A DNA stretch of 64,000 bases from Candidatus Saganbacteria bacterium (GTDB lineage Bacteria > Margulisbacteria > WOR-1 > XYC2-FULL-46-14 > XYC2-FULL-37-10). Where the stretch lies: assembly GCA_016223245.1 (NCBI GenBank), contig JACRPL010000003.1, positions 74,078 through 138,077 of the forward strand, read 5' to 3'. How positions within the stretch are numbered: the first letter of the stretch is position 1; every line of letters begins with the position of its first letter. Made by a program: the position numbers and the translations under genes. Positions 1 through 11,868 of the stretch are shown piece after piece. A model generated the notes under the pieces. The model was given only the letters and a program-made list of their open reading frames with translations, did not search any database and was not told the origin of the DNA.

Positions 1-120
1 GCTCGGGCGCAGGATTCCGACAAACAAAAAGGGAAAGAAGTTGGCGGCGACGGTTACATCGTAAAACCTTTCGAATCCCAGGAGCTTCTTGATAAGATCA
101 AAGGATTTCTGGGAAAATAA
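1..120 (+). CDS. Response regulator receiver domain, C-terminal part (runs off window start)
   Basis: Frame 1 reads ARAQDSDKQKGKEVGGDGYIVKPFESQELLDKIKGFLGK*; the YIxKPF motif is typical of CheY-like receivers. Confidence 0.85.
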   Translation, partial: ARAQDSDKQKGKEVGGDGYIVKPFESQELLDKIKGFLGK

Positions 121-137
121 ATAAAGATAATTAATGG

Positions 138-244
138 CCTTTTTTGAGCCTGCGAATGAACTTCGCGGTTACAAAAAAGGAAGGAGACGTGAGGAAACCG
201 CGACGCTTGTCCCGATTCCCACATCGGGATTTAGTCGCTGGTTT
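138..244. repeat. Two adjacent palindromic elements
   Basis: GAGCCTGCGAATGAACTTCGCGGTT recurs in copA (46960-46997); GAAACCGCGACGCTTGTCCCGATTCCCACATCGGGATTTAGTCGC recurs at ~13540-13590 and ~32440-32490. Confidence 0.9.
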
Positions 245-260
245 GCGAACTTAAAATCAT

Positions 261-1850
261 ATGAAGATCGCGTTGGCGCAAATAAATCCTATTGTCGGTG
301 ATATTCAAGGCAATACAAAAAAGATCACCGATTTTATTAATGAAGCAATAGTACAAGATGCCGATCTTGTTGTTTTTCCGGAGCTTGCGATCGTTGGATA
401 TCCTCCCGAAGATCTGCTTTTAAAACCACAATTTATAACTGACAACTTAGAGGCCCTTAAAGAGATCGCCGCATCATGCGGCAATCTCGCTTGTTATGTG
501 GGGTTTGTCGATAAGAAAAATGACCAGATATTCAATGCTGGCGCATTTATTGTTGATAAAAAAATAAAAGAGATTTACCATAAAAATAATTTGCCCAATT
601 ATTCGGTATTTGATGAAAAAAGATATTTTACGGAGGGCGGTAAATCTTCGGTCATAAGTTTTAGGGGGTATAAAATAGGACTTTCAATATGCGAAGATAT
701 TTGGGTCGAGCGCGGGCCTTATTATGATGAAGCCAAAAAAGGCGCAAAGATAATTTTGAATATCAACGCTTCTCCTTATCACAGGGGAAAGATCAAAGAG
801 CGCGAAAAACTCCTAAGATCAAGAGCCAAGGCTATAAAAGCATATACAATATATGTGAATATGGTTGGAGGGCAGGATGAGTTCGTATTTGACGGTGGAA
901 GCATGGTTGTGAGCCCGGAAGGCGAGGCCGTTGCAGCGGCCAAACAGTTCAAAGAAGAACTTTTTATTTTCGACCTTGGCGGGAAAAAACAGAAAAATAC
1001 ATGGCTTGGCGATCATGATGAAGTTTATGAAGCCTTGTTATTGAATTTAAGGGATTATGCCAGGAAGAATAAGTTTTCCGATGTAATAATCGGCGTTTCG
1101 GGAGGGATAGATTCCGCTTTGACCTTGACTTTAGCTGTTGACGCATTGGGAAAAGATAAAGTCCATGCGGTTTATATGCCTTCCCCATATTCCGCAAGAC
1201 AAAGCCTTGAAGATTCGCAAACGCTTTGCGCAAATCTGGGTTTAGAGCTAAAAGTTATCCCGATCAGCGGCATCTTTTCGACATATCTAAAAGAACTTGA
1301 TCTTCATTTTGAAGGAAAACCCGCCAATATTGCAGAAGAGAATCTTCAAGCAAGGATCCGCGGCAATATCTTGATGGGCCTATCGAACAAATTCGGATAT
1401 TTAGTATTAACAACCGGCAATAAGTCCGAAATGTCGACCGGCTATTGTACATTGTACGGCGATATGGCCGGGGGGTATTCTATGCTCAAGGATCTCCCAA
1501 AAACATTGGTTTATAAGCTTGTCGATTTCAGGAATAAAAAATCGGAAGCGATCCCAAATTCTATCATTGTGCGGCCGCCTACCGCCGAATTAAAACCTAA
1601 CCAAACCGATCAAGACACGCTCCCAGATTATGATATCCTGGATCCCATCATGCAGGCTTATGTTGAAGAAAATAAAAGTATCAAACAAATTGCGGCAAAA
1701 GGATTTGATTCCGCCGTCGTAAAAAAAATAATTGCTATGATCGACAATTCCGAATACAAGCGCCGACAGTCGCCTCCCGGCCCCAAGATCACCCCGCGAG
1801 CGTTCGGCAAAGATTGGCGGCTACCGATAACGAACGGATATAAATCCTAA
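261..1850 (+). CDS. nadE: Glutamine-dependent NAD+ synthetase
   Basis: N-terminal nitrilase-type glutaminase domain (FPEL, ICEDIW) plus synthetase domain (GVSGGIDS, ENLQARIRG, TGNKSE, EYKRRQSPPG). Confidence 0.97.
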   Translation: MKIALAQINPIVGDIQGNTKKITDFINEAIVQDADLVVFPELAIVGYPPEDLLLKPQFITDNLEALKEIAASCGNLACYVGFVDKKNDQIFNAGAFIVDKKIKEIYHKNNLPNYSVFDEKRYFTEGGKSSVISFRGYKIGLSICEDIWVERGPYYDEAKKGAKIILNINASPYHRGKIKEREKLLRSRAKAIKAYTIYVNMVGGQDEFVFDGGSMVVSPEGEAVAAAKQFKEELFIFDLGGKKQKNTWLGDHDEVYEALLLNLRDYARKNKFSDVIIGVSGGIDSALTLTLAVDALGKDKVHAVYMPSPYSARQSLEDSQTLCANLGLELKVIPISGIFSTYLKELDLHFEGKPANIAEENLQARIRGNILMGLSNKFGYLVLTTGNKSEMSTGYCTLYGDMAGGYSMLKDLPKTLVYKLVDFRNKKSEAIPNSIIVRPPTAELKPNQTDQDTLPDYDILDPIMQAYVEENKSIKQIAAKGFDSAVVKKIIAMIDNSEYKRRQSPPGPKITPRAFGKDWRLPITNGYKS

Positions 1851-1857
1851 AAGCCAC

Positions 1858-1892
1858 TTGACAATATCTACAAAATTGTATATCATGTTACA
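1858..1892 (+). promoter_or_regulatory. sigma70 promoter with an operator palindrome in the spacer
   Basis: TTGACA-N17-TATCAT; TACAAAATTGTA at 1869-1880; TGT-N10-ACA at 1877-1892. Confidence 0.7.
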
Positions 1893-1895
1893 ATA

Positions 1896-3404
1896 ATGAA
1901 GGACATCAAAGCTACTGTTCTTGTAGAAATAAGCGATGTGTTGTCGTCCTCGCTCGATCTTGCCAAAACATTGAATTCCATTTTAAAAGTTCTATCCGAT
2001 TCACTTGGCATGGAGCGCGGAACAATTACTCTTGTCGATCCTAAAACTTCCGAACTTCACATAGAAGTTGCGCATGGGCTCACAAACCAAGAAAAAGAAA
2101 GAGGCAAATATAAAATAGGAGAAGGGATCACGGGCAAGGTCGTTGAGACCGGGAAACCTATGATCATTCCTAATATCGAAGCTGAACCATCGTTTTTGGA
2201 CAGGACGCAGGCAAGAAGGAATTTAAAAGAAAGAAAATTTGCTTTTCTTTGCGTTCCAATAAAGATCGGAAACAAGATCATCGGAGCTCTTTCGGTCGAT
2301 CATTTATTTAAGTCGGATGTTTCTTTTGAAGAAGACATAAAACTGCTAACGATCATTGCTTCGATGGTCGGCCAAGCCGTCATGATCCGCGAAATGGCGG
2401 AAAAAGACAAGCAAGCGGTCGTTTCCGAAAATATAAAGCTTAAGCAGGAATTGAAAGGCAGATATAAATTCAAGAATATCATTTATAGCTCAAGCGTTAT
2501 GGAATCCATGCTTGAAGGCGCGATGCAGGTTGCGGAGAGTTCGGCTACCGTCTTGATACTTGGCGAGTCGGGAACGGGTAAAGAGCTTGTCGCATCGGCT
2601 GTCCATTATTCAAGTCCCAGAGCCAATAAGCCCTTTATTAAAGTAGCTTGCGCCGCGTTACCGGAAAATCTTTTGGAATCGGAACTTTTCGGGTACGAAA
2701 GAGGAGCGTTTACGGGAGCTATGGAGCGAAAGATCGGCAGATTTGAAATGGCCGATAACGGGACGATATTTCTTGATGAAATAGGCGACTTAACGCTCTC
2801 AACTCAAGTTAAGCTTTTGAGAGTTGTTCAAGAAAAAGAGTTTGAAAGATTAGGCGGGACGCAGACGATAAAAGTTGACGTCAGAGTTGTCGCCGCAACT
2901 CATAGGGACCTTTCCGCAATGGTTAAAGATAGGAAATTCAGGGAAGATCTTTTTTATAGGATAAACGTTTTTCCTATTCACCTGCCGCCGCTTCGCGAAA
3001 GAAGAGAAGATCTCCCTGTTTTGATAGACCATTTTATCGGAAAATATAATAAAGAGAACAAGAAAAAGATAAAAGGAATAAATAGGGCGGCCCTAGATGT
3101 CCTTATGGCTTATTCATGGCCCGGAAATATCAGGGAGCTTGAAAATGCAATTGAGCGCGCTGTAGTATTGAGCAAGAAGGATGTTATTACCCCAACTGAA
3201 ATACCGCAAAATATCCAAACGACTAAAGATATTGGAGCGGCTTCGGCTGGGGCAACGCTTCCTGAAATTGTTGAAGCGATCGAGAAGCAAAAAATAGAAG
3301 AAGCTTTAAAGAATTTTAAGACACAGAGAAATGCCGCGCGCGCATTGGGAATAACCGAGAGAATGCTTGGCTATAAAATAAAGATCTATAACATCTCCGC
3401 CTGA
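1896..3404 (+). CDS. NifA-like sigma54-dependent activator (GAF-AAA+-HTH)
   Basis: GAF N-terminus, GESGTGKE Walker [24 protein letters not shown]-terminal Fis-type HTH. Confidence 0.93.
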   Translation: MKDIKATVLVEISDVLSSSLDLAKTLNSILKVLSDSLGMERGTITLVDPKTSELHIEVAHGLTNQEKERGKYKIGEGITGKVVETGKPMIIPNIEAEPSFLDRTQARRNLKERKFAFLCVPIKIGNKIIGALSVDHLFKSDVSFEEDIKLLTIIASMVGQAVMIREMAEKDKQAVVSENIKLKQELKGRYKFKNIIYSSSVMESMLEGAMQVAESSATVLILGESGTGKELVASAVHYSSPRANKPFIKVACAALPENLLESELFGYERGAFTGAMERKIGRFEMADNGTIFLDEIGDLTLSTQVKLLRVVQEKEFERLGGTQTIKVDVRVVAATHRDLSAMVKDRKFREDLFYRINVFPIHLPPLRERREDLPVLIDHFIGKYNKENKKKIKGINRAALDVLMAYSWPGNIRELENAIERAVVLSKKDVITPTEIPQNIQTTKDIGAASAGATLPEIVEAIEKQKIEEALKNFKTQRNAARALGITERMLGYKIKIYNISA

Positions 3405-3405
3405 T

Positions 3406-3480
3406 ACAAAAATGTATATACATACAATATTGTAATTAACTTGACTAATACCCCTCGTAAATATCTGGTATTATAATTGC
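3406..3480 (+). promoter_or_regulatory. Activator sites plus sigma54 -24/-12 promoter
   Basis: TACAAAAATGTA (3406) and TACAATATTGTA (3423); TGGTATTATAATTGC at 3466-3480 (GG-N10-GC). Confidence 0.8.
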
Positions 3481-3515
3481 TCCTACTAGCCCATAATGGG
3501 AAAAAGGAGCGCTTT

Positions 3516-4277
3516 ATGAAAGTAAAAATCGTCGCTATGTCTCTTTGTTTCTATGTCGCTATGTCGCTTTGTCTCATTGTTTCAGCGGGGGCGACGCCGT
3601 CGACGACTTATTGGACGCCATGCGTCTACGATGTCCAAGGTTACGGTGTGTGGCACATTGGTATAGACAACTATTTTACGGCATTAACAAAGTTCACCGA
3701 AACTCCGGGCGCGGGAGCATTTCCTACCGATGTCGGCTTGACGGTCGGCGTACTTCCAGGGGATAAGATCCAGGCCGAAGTCGGGATCGATTATATGGAA
3801 CCGTTAAACGACCCGTTCTTCCTGAACGGAAAAATAGGAATGCCTGAAGGCGCTCTTTTTTCTGGATCTCCGGCCGTGAACCTCGGTATATTTAACGTCG
3901 GCTTGAACCAAGCGACATCCGGGCAGAACATTATCCATCTTGTCCTTGGAAAAGATCTTGGCGCGGCAGGCAGGATACATGCGTGCCCGTATTACACAGG
4001 GAACTTCAGCTCGCTCGGGTTAGGGACAGACAATTCCGGCTGGATGCTTGGATATGATAAAGGGTTTGCGCCAGTTAAGGATTCTTCCGGCGAATACAAC
4101 AGGATTGTTTTTGCGGCAGACTATTCTTCTGGCAATAATGCTTTAGGCGGCGGCGGCTTCGGCCTTTATTATTTCTTTAATAAAACAATTAGCTTGTTAA
4201 CAGGCCCCGTGTTCTTTAACAGCACTGCGCTGAACGGCAAGTGGAAATGGACGACCCAGTTGGATATCAACATATAA
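3516..4277 (+). CDS. Secreted, probable outer-membrane beta-barrel protein of unknown function
   Basis: AAGGAG RBS before ATG 3516; signal peptide (…LIVSAGA); alternating aromatic/Gly beta-strand pattern; terminal strand WTTQLDINI. Confidence 0.6.
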   Translation: MKVKIVAMSLCFYVAMSLCLIVSAGATPSTTYWTPCVYDVQGYGVWHIGIDNYFTALTKFTETPGAGAFPTDVGLTVGVLPGDKIQAEVGIDYMEPLNDPFFLNGKIGMPEGALFSGSPAVNLGIFNVGLNQATSGQNIIHLVLGKDLGAAGRIHACPYYTGNFSSLGLGTDNSGWMLGYDKGFAPVKDSSGEYNRIVFAADYSSGNNALGGGGFGLYYFFNKTISLLTGPVFFNSTALNGKWKWTTQLDINI

Positions 4278-4292
4278 AAGGAGGCGAGTAAA

Positions 4293-5995
<1,703 letters not shown>

Positions 5996-6000
5996 ACTAT

Positions 6001-6054
6001 GGGGGGGCTGTCCTTGTTAACTTTATTGCTAACACCTTCAAAGGGCAGCCTCTT
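6001..6054 (+). terminator. Stem-loop after glnK1
   Basis: GGGGGCTGTCCTT…AAGGGCAGCCTCT inverted repeat; no clear U-tract. Confidence 0.4.
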
Positions 6055-6082
6055 CAATATTGTAACTAATTGGCCAATAAAA

Positions 6083-6130
6083 TACAATAATGTATGATTT
6101 TGCCTAACATTCTCTTGGCTGAATAATTGC
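6083..6130 (+). promoter_or_regulatory. Activator site plus sigma54 promoter
   Basis: TACAATAATGTA at 6083; TGGCTGAATAATTGC at 6116-6130. Confidence 0.8.
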
Positions 6131-6159
6131 TACAATATGGGCATAGGAAGGTGTTAGTT

Positions 6160-7377
6160 ATGATAAATACCGGAGATACCGCTTGGGTTTTGATCTCGAC
6201 CGCTCTTGTAATAATGATGACCCCCGCTCTTGCATTCTTTTACGGAGGTATGGTCAGAAAAAAGAACCTGCTTTCAACTTTGATGCTGTCCGTTGTGATC
6301 TTGTGCCTAATTTCTATACAATGGGTATTGTACGGCTATACTTTAGCTTTTGGAAATGATCACGCAGGATTAATTGGCGGACTTCAATGGTTAGGACTTA
6401 TGGGTGTAGGCCAAGCTCCAAATGCCGCATATGCCGCAACAATCCCGCATCTCGCATTTATGGTTTTCCAAATGGCTTTCGCAGTCATTACTCCAGCTCT
6501 AATAACTGGAGCTTTTGTTGAAAGAATAAATTTCTCGGGATTTTTGGTATTTACATTACTTTGGTCAACATTTATATATGATCCGGTTGCCCACTGGGTA
6601 TGGGGTGTTGGCGGATGGCTTAGGAATCTTGGAGCGCTTGATTTCGCTGGAGGAACTGTTGTCCATATTACCGCCGGTGTCACGGCTCTTGCTATCGCTA
6701 TGGTTATCGGAAAAAGACGAGGATACGGAAAGTTTCCTATGGAGCCTTCAAATATTCCATTAACAATTCTTGGAGCATTTCTACTATGGTTTGGATGGTT
6801 CGGGTTTAACGGTGGATCGGCTCTCTCATGCGGTGGATTAGCTGCATCAGCTTTTGTTGTAACGACAATTGCTGCAGCGGCGGCTGGTCTCACTTGGACG
6901 ATAGTTAGCTGGATCCATAAAAGACCTAGTGTTCTAGGTTTGGCTACCGGTGCGGTAGTTGGGCTTGTTGCGATAACCCCGGCGTCGGGATTTGTTAGCC
7001 CCCTTTCTTCTATAGTAATAGGAACCGTTGCCGCGTTGATCTCTTATTATGCAATTTTGATCAGGACAAAGTCCGGGCTTGACGATTCATTGGATGTATT
7101 TGCCTGCCACGGAATGGGGGGGATGGTTGGAGCATTACTCACCGGACTATTTGCCGAAAAGGCGATCAATCCTGCCGGAGCTAACGGATTGTTCTTTGGA
7201 AATCCGGCCCAGTTTGGGATACAAGCTCTGACAGTATTAGTTGTGGCTTCTTTCTCATTTATTGTAAGTTTTATTCTGGCAAAGATCGTTGATGCGATAT
7301 TTTCATTAAGGGCAAGAGTGGAAGAAGAAGAGGTTGGGCTCGATATCAGCCAGCACGGCGAATCCGCTTTTAGTTAA
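6160..7377 (+). CDS. amtB: Ammonium transporter 2 (AmtB type)
   Basis: INTGDTAW, FFYGGMVR, DFAGGTVVH, DDSLDVFACHG; start moved to the ATG after the GGAAGG RBS. Confidence 0.97.
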   Translation: MINTGDTAWVLISTALVIMMTPALAFFYGGMVRKKNLLSTLMLSVVILCLISIQWVLYGYTLAFGNDHAGLIGGLQWLGLMGVGQAPNAAYAATIPHLAFMVFQMAFAVITPALITGAFVERINFSGFLVFTLLWSTFIYDPVAHWVWGVGGWLRNLGALDFAGGTVVHITAGVTALAIAMVIGKRRGYGKFPMEPSNIPLTILGAFLLWFGWFGFNGGSALSCGGLAASAFVVTTIAAAAAGLTWTIVSWIHKRPSVLGLATGAVVGLVAITPASGFVSPLSSIVIGTVAALISYYAILIRTKSGLDDSLDVFACHGMGGMVGALLTGLFAEKAINPAGANGLFFGNPAQFGIQALTVLVVASFSFIVSFILAKIVDAIFSLRARVEEEEVGLDISQHGESAFS

Positions 7378-7393
7378 TAAGGGGGAGAATATT

Positions 7394-7738
7394 ATGGGGT
7401 TAAAAAAAATAGAAGCGATTATTAGAGTTGAAAAACTTGAAGAAATTAAAAATGCTCTTGAGGAGAAAGGTTTCATTGGGATGACTTTGACCGATGTAAA
7501 AGGCAGAGGGAACCAGAAAGGCATTTTGCTTGAATGGCGTGCCGGAGAATATAGGGTGGAGTTTCTTCCAAAATTAAAGATCGAGCTTGTTGTCGATGAA
7601 TCAAGCGTTGAAACAGTTGTTTCGATCATATCCGATACCGCAAGGACCGGACGAGCTGGAGACGGAAAGATATTTACATCACCGGTTGACGAAGTTGTGA
7701 GGGTCAGGACCGGCGAAAAAGGTAGATCGGTTCTATAA
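7394..7738 (+). CDS. glnK: PII protein 2
   Basis: MGLKKIEAIIR…GNQKG…EYRVEFLPK…GDGKIF…RVRTGE. Confidence 0.95.
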   Translation: MGLKKIEAIIRVEKLEEIKNALEEKGFIGMTLTDVKGRGNQKGILLEWRAGEYRVEFLPKLKIELVVDESSVETVVSIISDTARTGRAGDGKIFTSPVDEVVRVRTGEKGRSVL

Positions 7739-7886
7739 TACATATTTGTATAATAATTAGGCAAACGCTAATTATTTAATACAAAAATGTAGATTAGTTG
7801 ATGTTTTGTGTGCTATAAAATTAGGCTTAATAATGCCTAAAAATAAAGCATAATGGGCATTGGTGTCTTCTTGGCAAGTTAATTGC
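7739..7886 (+). promoter_or_regulatory. Activator sites plus sigma54 promoter
   Basis: TACATATTTGTA (7739) and TACAAAAATGTA (7780); TGGCAAGTTAATTGC at 7872-7886. Confidence 0.8.
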
Positions 7887-7916
7887 TGCCATTCCTTTTG
7901 AAGGAAGGTGTTAGCA

Positions 7917-9131
7917 ATGATCAATAGCGGCGATACCGCGTGGGTGCTCATTTCAACTGCTCTTGTGATCCTCATGACCCCGGCTCTCGGATTTTTCTAC
8001 GGCGGCATGGTCAGAAAGAAGAATCTTTTGTCAACCATCATGCTATCGATCACTATGCTCGCCATGATCTCGGTACAATGGATACTTTATGGATATACAA
8101 TTGCGTTCGGTCCTGATCGCGGAGGGATAATAGGAGGCCTTGATTGGCTGGGCCTAGCTCATGTAACGGGCGCTCCCTATGCGGCTTATGCTCCGGGAAT
8201 ACCTCATCTTGCTTTTATGATGTTTCAATTAGCTTTTGCTGTAATTACTCCCGCCCTTATTACGGGTGCTTTTGTCGAGAGAATTAATTTCTCGGGTTTT
8301 TTGGTTTTTACGCTTCTTTGGTCAACGTTCGTCTATGCGCCTGTTGCGCATTGGGTATGGGGGATTGGCGGATGGATGAGAAATATGGGTGTCCTTGATT
8401 TTGCCGGCGGCGCCGTAGTGCATATTACGGCGGGTATTTCGGCGCTCGCTGTCGCATTGGTCATTGGAAAAAGAAAAGGTTATGGAAAAGTCCCAATGGA
8501 ACCATCCAATATTCCTCTTACTGTTCTTGGTGCGTTTCTTTTATGGTTCGGTTGGTTTGGGTTTAACGGTGGATCGGCGCTTTCAGCTGGTGCGATCGCA
8601 ACCCAAGCAATTGTCGCGACAAATGCCGCAGGAGCTGCCGCGGCGCTTACTTGGATGATAATCTCTTGGAGCCACAAACGTCCTTCTGCGCTCGGTTTTT
8701 CTACCGGAGCAATTGCCGGCCTTGCCGCAGTAACCCCTGCTTCAGGTTTTGTTAGCCCCCTTTCTGCTTTGATGATAGGAGTTGTAGCGGCAATATTTTC
8801 ATACTACATGATAATCTTCAGGATGAAGATCGGTTTCGACGAATCTCTTGATGTTTTTGCTTGCCATGGGATAGGCGGTATGTGGGGGATCATTGCAACA
8901 GGTCTTTTCGCCGAAAAAGCATTGAATCCCGCAGGCGCCAATGGGCTTTTCTTTGGGAATATAACGCAATTCAAGATCCAATTAATAGCTGTTGCGGTAA
9001 TAGCCATATTCTCATTTGCGGCGACCTATATTTTAGCAAAAATTGTTGATACAATGTTTTTATTGCGGGCAAAAGACAACGAAGAAGATGTTGGCCTCGA
9101 TATCGCCCAGCATGGGGAGTCGGTGTACTAA
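7917..9131 (+). CDS. amtB: Ammonium transporter 3 (paralog of transporter 2)
   Basis: INSGDTAW, DFAGGAVVH, DVFACHG; long identical stretches shared with 6160-7377. Confidence 0.97.
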   Translation: MINSGDTAWVLISTALVILMTPALGFFYGGMVRKKNLLSTIMLSITMLAMISVQWILYGYTIAFGPDRGGIIGGLDWLGLAHVTGAPYAAYAPGIPHLAFMMFQLAFAVITPALITGAFVERINFSGFLVFTLLWSTFVYAPVAHWVWGIGGWMRNMGVLDFAGGAVVHITAGISALAVALVIGKRKGYGKVPMEPSNIPLTVLGAFLLWFGWFGFNGGSALSAGAIATQAIVATNAAGAAAALTWMIISWSHKRPSALGFSTGAIAGLAAVTPASGFVSPLSALMIGVVAAIFSYYMIIFRMKIGFDESLDVFACHGIGGMWGIIATGLFAEKALNPAGANGLFFGNITQFKIQLIAVAVIAIFSFAATYILAKIVDTMFLLRAKDNEEDVGLDIAQHGESVY

Positions 9132-9132
9132 T

Positions 9133-9471
9133 ATGAAAAAGATCGAAGCGATAATCAGGGTTGAAAAACTTGAAGAAGTAAAAAATGCGCTCGAAGAAAA
9201 AGGCATTATCGGGATGACAGTTACCGAGGTTAAAGGACGTGGTACGCAAAAAGGGATACTACTTGAATGGCGTGCAGGCGAATATAGGGTAGAGTTCCTT
9301 CCAAAATTAAAAGTTGAAGTTGTTGTGAAGGAATCCGATGCGGACGCAGTTGTAAAAGCGATAGCCGATGCCGCAAGAACAGGCCGCGCGGGTGACGGAA
9401 AAATATTTATTTCGACTATTGAAGCTGTAGTAAGGGTCAGGACGGGCGAAAGCGGACAAACGGCTCTTTAA
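9133..9471 (+). CDS. glnK: PII protein 3
   Basis: MKKIEAIIR…; near-identical to PII 2. Confidence 0.95.
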   Translation: MKKIEAIIRVEKLEEVKNALEEKGIIGMTVTEVKGRGTQKGILLEWRAGEYRVEFLPKLKVEVVVKESDADAVVKAIADAARTGRAGDGKIFISTIEAVVRVRTGESGQTAL

Positions 9472-9473
9472 AC

Positions 9474-9554
9474 TACAAAATTGTCAATATTATGCTAAAA
9501 TATTTAGCATTCAATAGTGGCATATTAATTGCTATATCATATTAATTGCTATAT
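9474..9554 (+). promoter_or_regulatory. Activator site plus sigma54 promoter of glnA
   Basis: TACAAAATTGTC at 9474; TGGCATATTAATTGC at 9518-9532; 17-bp tandem duplication CATATTAATTGCTATAT at 9521-9554. Confidence 0.8.
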
Positions 9555-9592
9555 TTTAAATAGATATCGACAAATAAAGGAGAATGATAAAA

Positions 9593-11683
9593 ATGGCAAA
9601 AACGGCGAGCCAGATATTCGGAGAGCTCACATTCAGCAAAAAGGTGATGAAAGAAAAATTAAGCAAAGAAGTCTATGCAAAGCTGGTTTCGACTTTGGAT
9701 AGGGGCGCCTCATTGGACGAAACGATCGCAGGCGATGTTGCCCATGCAATGAAAGAATGGGCGATAGAAAATGGCGCAACGCATTTTACCCATTGGTTCC
9801 AGCCGCAGCGCGGCGGCACAGCCGAAAAGCATGATGCATTTCTAAGCTACGGAAAAGATGGGGATATGATCGAACGTTTCAGCGCAAAGCAGTTGATACA
9901 ATCCGAGCCTGATGCGTCAAGTTTCCCGTCAGGCGGCATCAGATCAACATTCGAAGCCAGAGGATATACAGCTTGGGATCCTACAAGCCCGGCATTTTTG
10001 CTTGAAGCAGGCAATACAAAGACTTTGGTTATTCCCACGGTTTATTTATCTTGGACAGGTGAAGTTCTTGATCTCAAAGCTCCCCTCCTTCGTTCAATGA
10101 AAGCTTTGACCGAATCAGCGATCAAACTTCAGAAATTGTTAGGCAACAATTCGGTTAAAAAGATCAATGTTTACGGCGGGCCCGAACAAGAATATTTCTT
10201 GGTATCAAAAGAGCTCTACGAATCACGCCCGGATCTTCGCATAACCGGCAGGACGCTTTTTGGCGCGGCTCCCGCAAAAGGCCAACAGCTCGAAGACCAT
10301 TACTTTGGTGCGATCAAAGACAAAGTTATGATGTTCATGGAGGATTTTGATAACGAGCTTTATAGGCATGGCATCCCTTCAAAGACCAGGCATAATGAGG
10401 TTTCGCCCAACCAATTTGAAATAGCTCCTCTTTATGAAGAAGCTAATTTGGCGATCGATCACAATCTCCAGCTTATGACGATCATCCAAAAAGTTGCCGA
10501 TAAGCACGGAATGGTTGCGATATTATATGAAAAACCATTTGCTGGTGTTAATGGATCTGGCAAGCATTTCAACTGGTCAATGGGGGATGAGGTTACAAAT
10601 TACCTGGAACCGTCGGATTCACCGATCAAGAACATCAATTTCCTTCTAACACTGGGAGCAATACTTCTTGGGGTGAACAAATTCGGTGGACTTCTTCGTG
10701 CGGCAGTTGCTGACGCAGGGAACGATCACCGTTTAGGTGCAAACGAAGCTCCTCCGGCCATCATGTCTGTTTATCTTGGCGAGCATCTTGCGGGGCTCAT
10801 GGATGAGATCGAGGGCATCGGATCAAAAGTTAACGAAAAGAGCTTGGCGCACATTACATTAGGAGTCAAAAATTTGCCTAAAGTAGCCAAGGATACTTCC
10901 GACAGGAATAGAACCTCTCCAGTAGCTTTTACGGGCAATAAATTCGAATTCCGCGCTGTTGGTTCGTCGCAGAACTGCTCGGAAGCCGCGACAACGCTTA
11001 ATTTGCTGGTAGCTTACGGATATGACGAGATAGTAAAGAAGCTGACGGCTAAAAAAGGCGGGAACGTAAAAGAAAATGCGATCCTTGTTTTGAAAGACGT
11101 CCTAAAAGAAACAAAGAAAGTGCGTTTTGAAGGCAACAATTATTCCGAAGCATGGCACAAAGAAGCGGCAAAGAGGGGATTGCCTAATGCAAAGAATACT
11201 CCCGATGCACTTGATCTTATGCTCGAAAAAGAAGTTGCCGAACTTTTTGAGAAATACGGAGTACTTTCAAAGAGAGAGCTCCATTCAAAAGTGGAGATCA
11301 AAATTGATGCTTACATCAAGCTAAAGGACGTCGAGCTTAAAGCCGGATTAAATATTGCCAGAACTTTAATATTGCCAGCCGTTCTCTCCCAGATCTCGAT
11401 GTTAGGAGACGCAAAGGCGGCTTCAAAATCAACAGCAATTTCCGCAGATCTTAAAATTGCGGCTTCTCTATATTCCGATATCCAATCCGCGATAAAGAGC
11501 CTAGAAAAAGCGATAGTTGTTTGCGAGAAAGAAGAGAATCTTGATAAAAAAGCAAAACTATACGCTAAGAATGGGGCAAATGCGCTGAATGATCTCCGCG
11601 AGAGCGTCGATCGCGCAGAAACAATAGTCGCCGACGGATTCTGGCCGATGGCTAAATATCAGGAGCTTTTAACGATCTTGTAA
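9593..11683 (+). CDS. glnA: Glutamine synthetase type III
   Basis: ~700 aa; HFTHWFQP, EPDASSFPSGG, HNEVSPNQFE, NGSGKHFNWS, DHRLGANEAPP, DRNRTSP. Confidence 0.96.
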   Translation: MAKTASQIFGELTFSKKVMKEKLSKEVYAKLVSTLDRGASLDETIAGDVAHAMKEWAIENGATHFTHWFQPQRGGTAEKHDAFLSYGKDGDMIERFSAKQLIQSEPDASSFPSGGIRSTFEARGYTAWDPTSPAFLLEAGNTKTLVIPTVYLSWTGEVLDLKAPLLRSMKALTESAIKLQKLLGNNSVKKINVYGGPEQEYFLVSKELYESRPDLRITGRTLFGAAPAKGQQLEDHYFGAIKDKVMMFMEDFDNELYRHGIPSKTRHNEVSPNQFEIAPLYEEANLAIDHNLQLMTIIQKVADKHGMVAILYEKPFAGVNGSGKHFNWSMGDEVTNYLEPSDSPIKNINFLLTLGAILLGVNKFGGLLRAAVADAGNDHRLGANEAPPAIMSVYLGEHLAGLMDEIEGIGSKVNEKSLAHITLGVKNLPKVAKDTSDRNRTSPVAFTGNKFEFRAVGSSQNCSEAATTLNLLVAYGYDEIVKKLTAKKGGNVKENAILVLKDVLKETKKVRFEGNNYSEAWHKEAAKRGLPNAKNTPDALDLMLEKEVAELFEKYGVLSKRELHSKVEIKIDAYIKLKDVELKAGLNIARTLILPAVLSQISMLGDAKAASKSTAISADLKIAASLYSDIQSAIKSLEKAIVVCEKEENLDKKAKLYAKNGANALNDLRESVDRAETIVADGFWPMAKYQELLTIL

Positions 11684-11687
11684 TAAT

Positions 11688-11766
11688 GAGACTAGTTAGG
11701 AACCTGCAAGTGAACCCTGCCTGCCGGTAGGCACGGCTCGCGGTTTCTGAGTTGCTAACCAGTCTC
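11688..11766. mobile_element. 79-bp MITE carrying the ends of the local IS family
   Basis: GAGACTAGTTAGGAA…TTGCTAACCAGTCTC terminal inverted repeats match the IS ends at 13610, 31563, 32509 and 40597. Confidence 0.8.
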
Positions 11767-11788
11767 AAAATACTTCCCCTCCACTCGG

Positions 11789-11816
11789 GTGAAATTTTTA
11801 AATTCCCTGCCGATAA
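11789..11816 (+). promoter_or_regulatory. sigma28-like promoter motif
   Basis: GTGAAATTT-N11-GCCGATAA; the last octamer is the canonical FliA -10 element. Confidence 0.6.
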
Positions 11817-11868
11817 TATATTGTAGGGGTTTTAACCCCGGATGTAAAGTAAAAACGAGGGAGAAAAA

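Noticed and set aside
1896..3404. Nitrogen fixation inferred from the NifA-like gene
   Set aside because: No nif structural genes in the window; the apparent targets are amt, glnK and glnA.
9472..9592. Glutamine riboswitch upstream of glnA
   Set aside because: The leader is short and AT-rich and is explained by the sigma54 promoter.
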